A stretch of 64,000 bases of DNA, from contig JAVRCJ020000008.1 of the NCBI GenBank assembly GCA_034530875.2, positions 32,001 through 96,000 on the forward strand, in the 5' to 3' direction. This DNA is from Nostoc sp. DedSLP01. GTDB taxonomy: Bacteria > Cyanobacteriota > Cyanobacteriia > Cyanobacteriales > Nostocaceae. This document shows positions 62,789 to 64,000 of this stretch, piece by piece. A program made the position numbers and the translations under genes. Positions within the stretch are counted from its first letter, which is position 1, and each line of letters starts with the position of its first letter. The notes under the pieces were generated by a model. The model searched no databases. It was not told where the DNA came from and saw only the letters and a list, made by a program, of their open reading frames with translations.

Positions 62789-63928
62789 TTAAGCTCTGTA
62801 GGTATGAAGTGACTTAAAACTACTGCTGATACTTGCTCTCATAAGTTTCATAAATGAATTTCGTAATAACACAGCAAAAGAGTGATGTAATTTACCCATT
62901 TTTCCTGCTCGTAAGGACTGCTCAACGATCGCCTTTGTGCGACGAAACCGTTCTAACTCATACTGCTGAAAAGCTAATGTCGGATTCGCTTGTTCTTTGA
63001 GGCATTTAGCCACCACAAAAGCATCTTCTAATGCCGTACATGCTCCCTGCCCCATAGTTGGCAGCATTGGATGTGCAGCATCACCCAGTAGTGTAATATT
63101 CTGCTTGCTCCAAGGTTGAGTCGGGGGGCGATCGTACAAATATGTTGTCAAAATATCAGCTTCATCAGTTGCTGCAATCAACTCAGGAACCGACACAAAC
63201 CAATCTTGGAACATAATTTCTAGCTCTTTTTTCCGACCTATTGGCGCATCTGGCTGTGCCTCAGTTGCAGTGGCGGCTGCATACCAATACATCCGCCCCT
63301 TACCTAGCATCATGAAGCCGAAGCCTTGACCGCGCCCCAAGAACTCTTGAATGTAGCCGGGATAGTATCCTCTGGGAACGTAATCTGTCAAACCGCGCCA
63401 AGTCTTAAAGTTGCGATAGATAAGCGGTTGACTGCACTTGAGCGCATCTCGTACCCGCGATCGCAAACCGTCAGATCCAATTAATGCATCCCCCTCGACA
63501 ATTAAACCAGAACTGAAATGAGCGCGAACCTTGTTTTCCAAGATTTCCAATTTCTCAAAAGTTTGCCCTAAAACAAGATTTTCCTTTGGTACGTGACGCC
63601 ACAATAGCTGATGTAATTCCGCCCTATGGATGGCAATAACAGGCAACTCCAAATTATCAACGGGTATATTAACCAACTCCTTACCGTTTTGCGAATTGAA
63701 TTGGTAGTTCGTCGTTACATAGCCAACTTCTAGCGCTTCCTTCAACAAACTGAAATTTTTCAGGATATGTGTAGCATTTGCCCAAAGTGCAATTCCAGCC
63801 CCTACCTCTCGTAACTGCTTTGTTCGCTCGTAGACAACTGGTTCAAAACCACCCTTGTGTAAAGCAAGCGCAGTTGCAGCACCGCCAATTCCGCCGCCAA
63901 TAATGATAATTTTCTTATTTCTCAGCAT
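62789..63928 (-). CDS. FAD-dependent monooxygenase
   Basis: IIGGGIGG, GSDGLRSRVR, LLGDAAHPMLPTMGQGA...EDA. Confidence 0.92.
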   Translation of the reverse strand: MLRNKKIIIIGGGIGGAATALALHKGGFEPVVYERTKQLREVGAGIALWANATHILKNFSLLKEALEVGYVTTNYQFNSQNGKELVNIPVDNLELPVIAIHRAELHQLLWRHVPKENLVLGQTFEKLEILENKVRAHFSSGLIVEGDALIGSDGLRSRVRDALKCSQPLIYRNFKTWRGLTDYVPRGYYPGYIQEFLGRGQGFGFMMLGKGRMYWYAAATATEAQPDAPIGRKKELEIMFQDWFVSVPELIAATDEADILTTYLYDRPPTQPWSKQNITLLGDAAHPMLPTMGQGACTALEDAFVVAKCLKEQANPTLAFQQYELERFRRTKAIVEQSLRAGKMGKLHHSFAVLLRNSFMKLMRASISSSFKSLHTYRA

Positions 63929-64000
63929 TTTTTCTAATTAATCAACTGACTAGTCAGTTGATTAATCTTTAACAAAATTTCGCCTCTGTTGTCAACTAAC

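Noticed and set aside
1..64000. High frequency of GCGATCGC as a novel repeat
   Set aside because: This is the well-known cyanobacterial HIP1 sequence.

Overview
64 kb of chromosome from a filamentous cyanobacterium (Nostoc/Anabaena-like). The assignment rests on dense HIP1 octamers (GCGATCGC), STRR heptamer tracts, 6S RNA after purK and typical gene content. Housekeeping islands are malic enzyme, uvsE, purK-6S, coxBAC with ctaA/ctaB, and dxr. Between them lies accessory DNA: toxin-antitoxin modules (some with nonsense stops), an IS630, Uma2 nucleases, Ser/Thr kinases, NTPase pairs (AAA_35+WD40 with HTH+AAA_35; ATPase with TPR), a CHAT protease and many miniature repeats. The most unusual feature is at 6.4-7.2 kb. 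A small helical protein of unknown function is followed by a polar 21/42-bp tandem array, which runs directly into an N-terminally truncated type IIG-like N6-adenine methyltransferase gene. Also notable are a toxin-antitoxin module flanked by a ~94-bp duplication of the phoD-like 5' end, in-frame mini-elements that split HIP1 sites, and inverted-repeat shells carrying interchangeable hairpin cores. All family calls come from motif recognition by eye; no searches were run.
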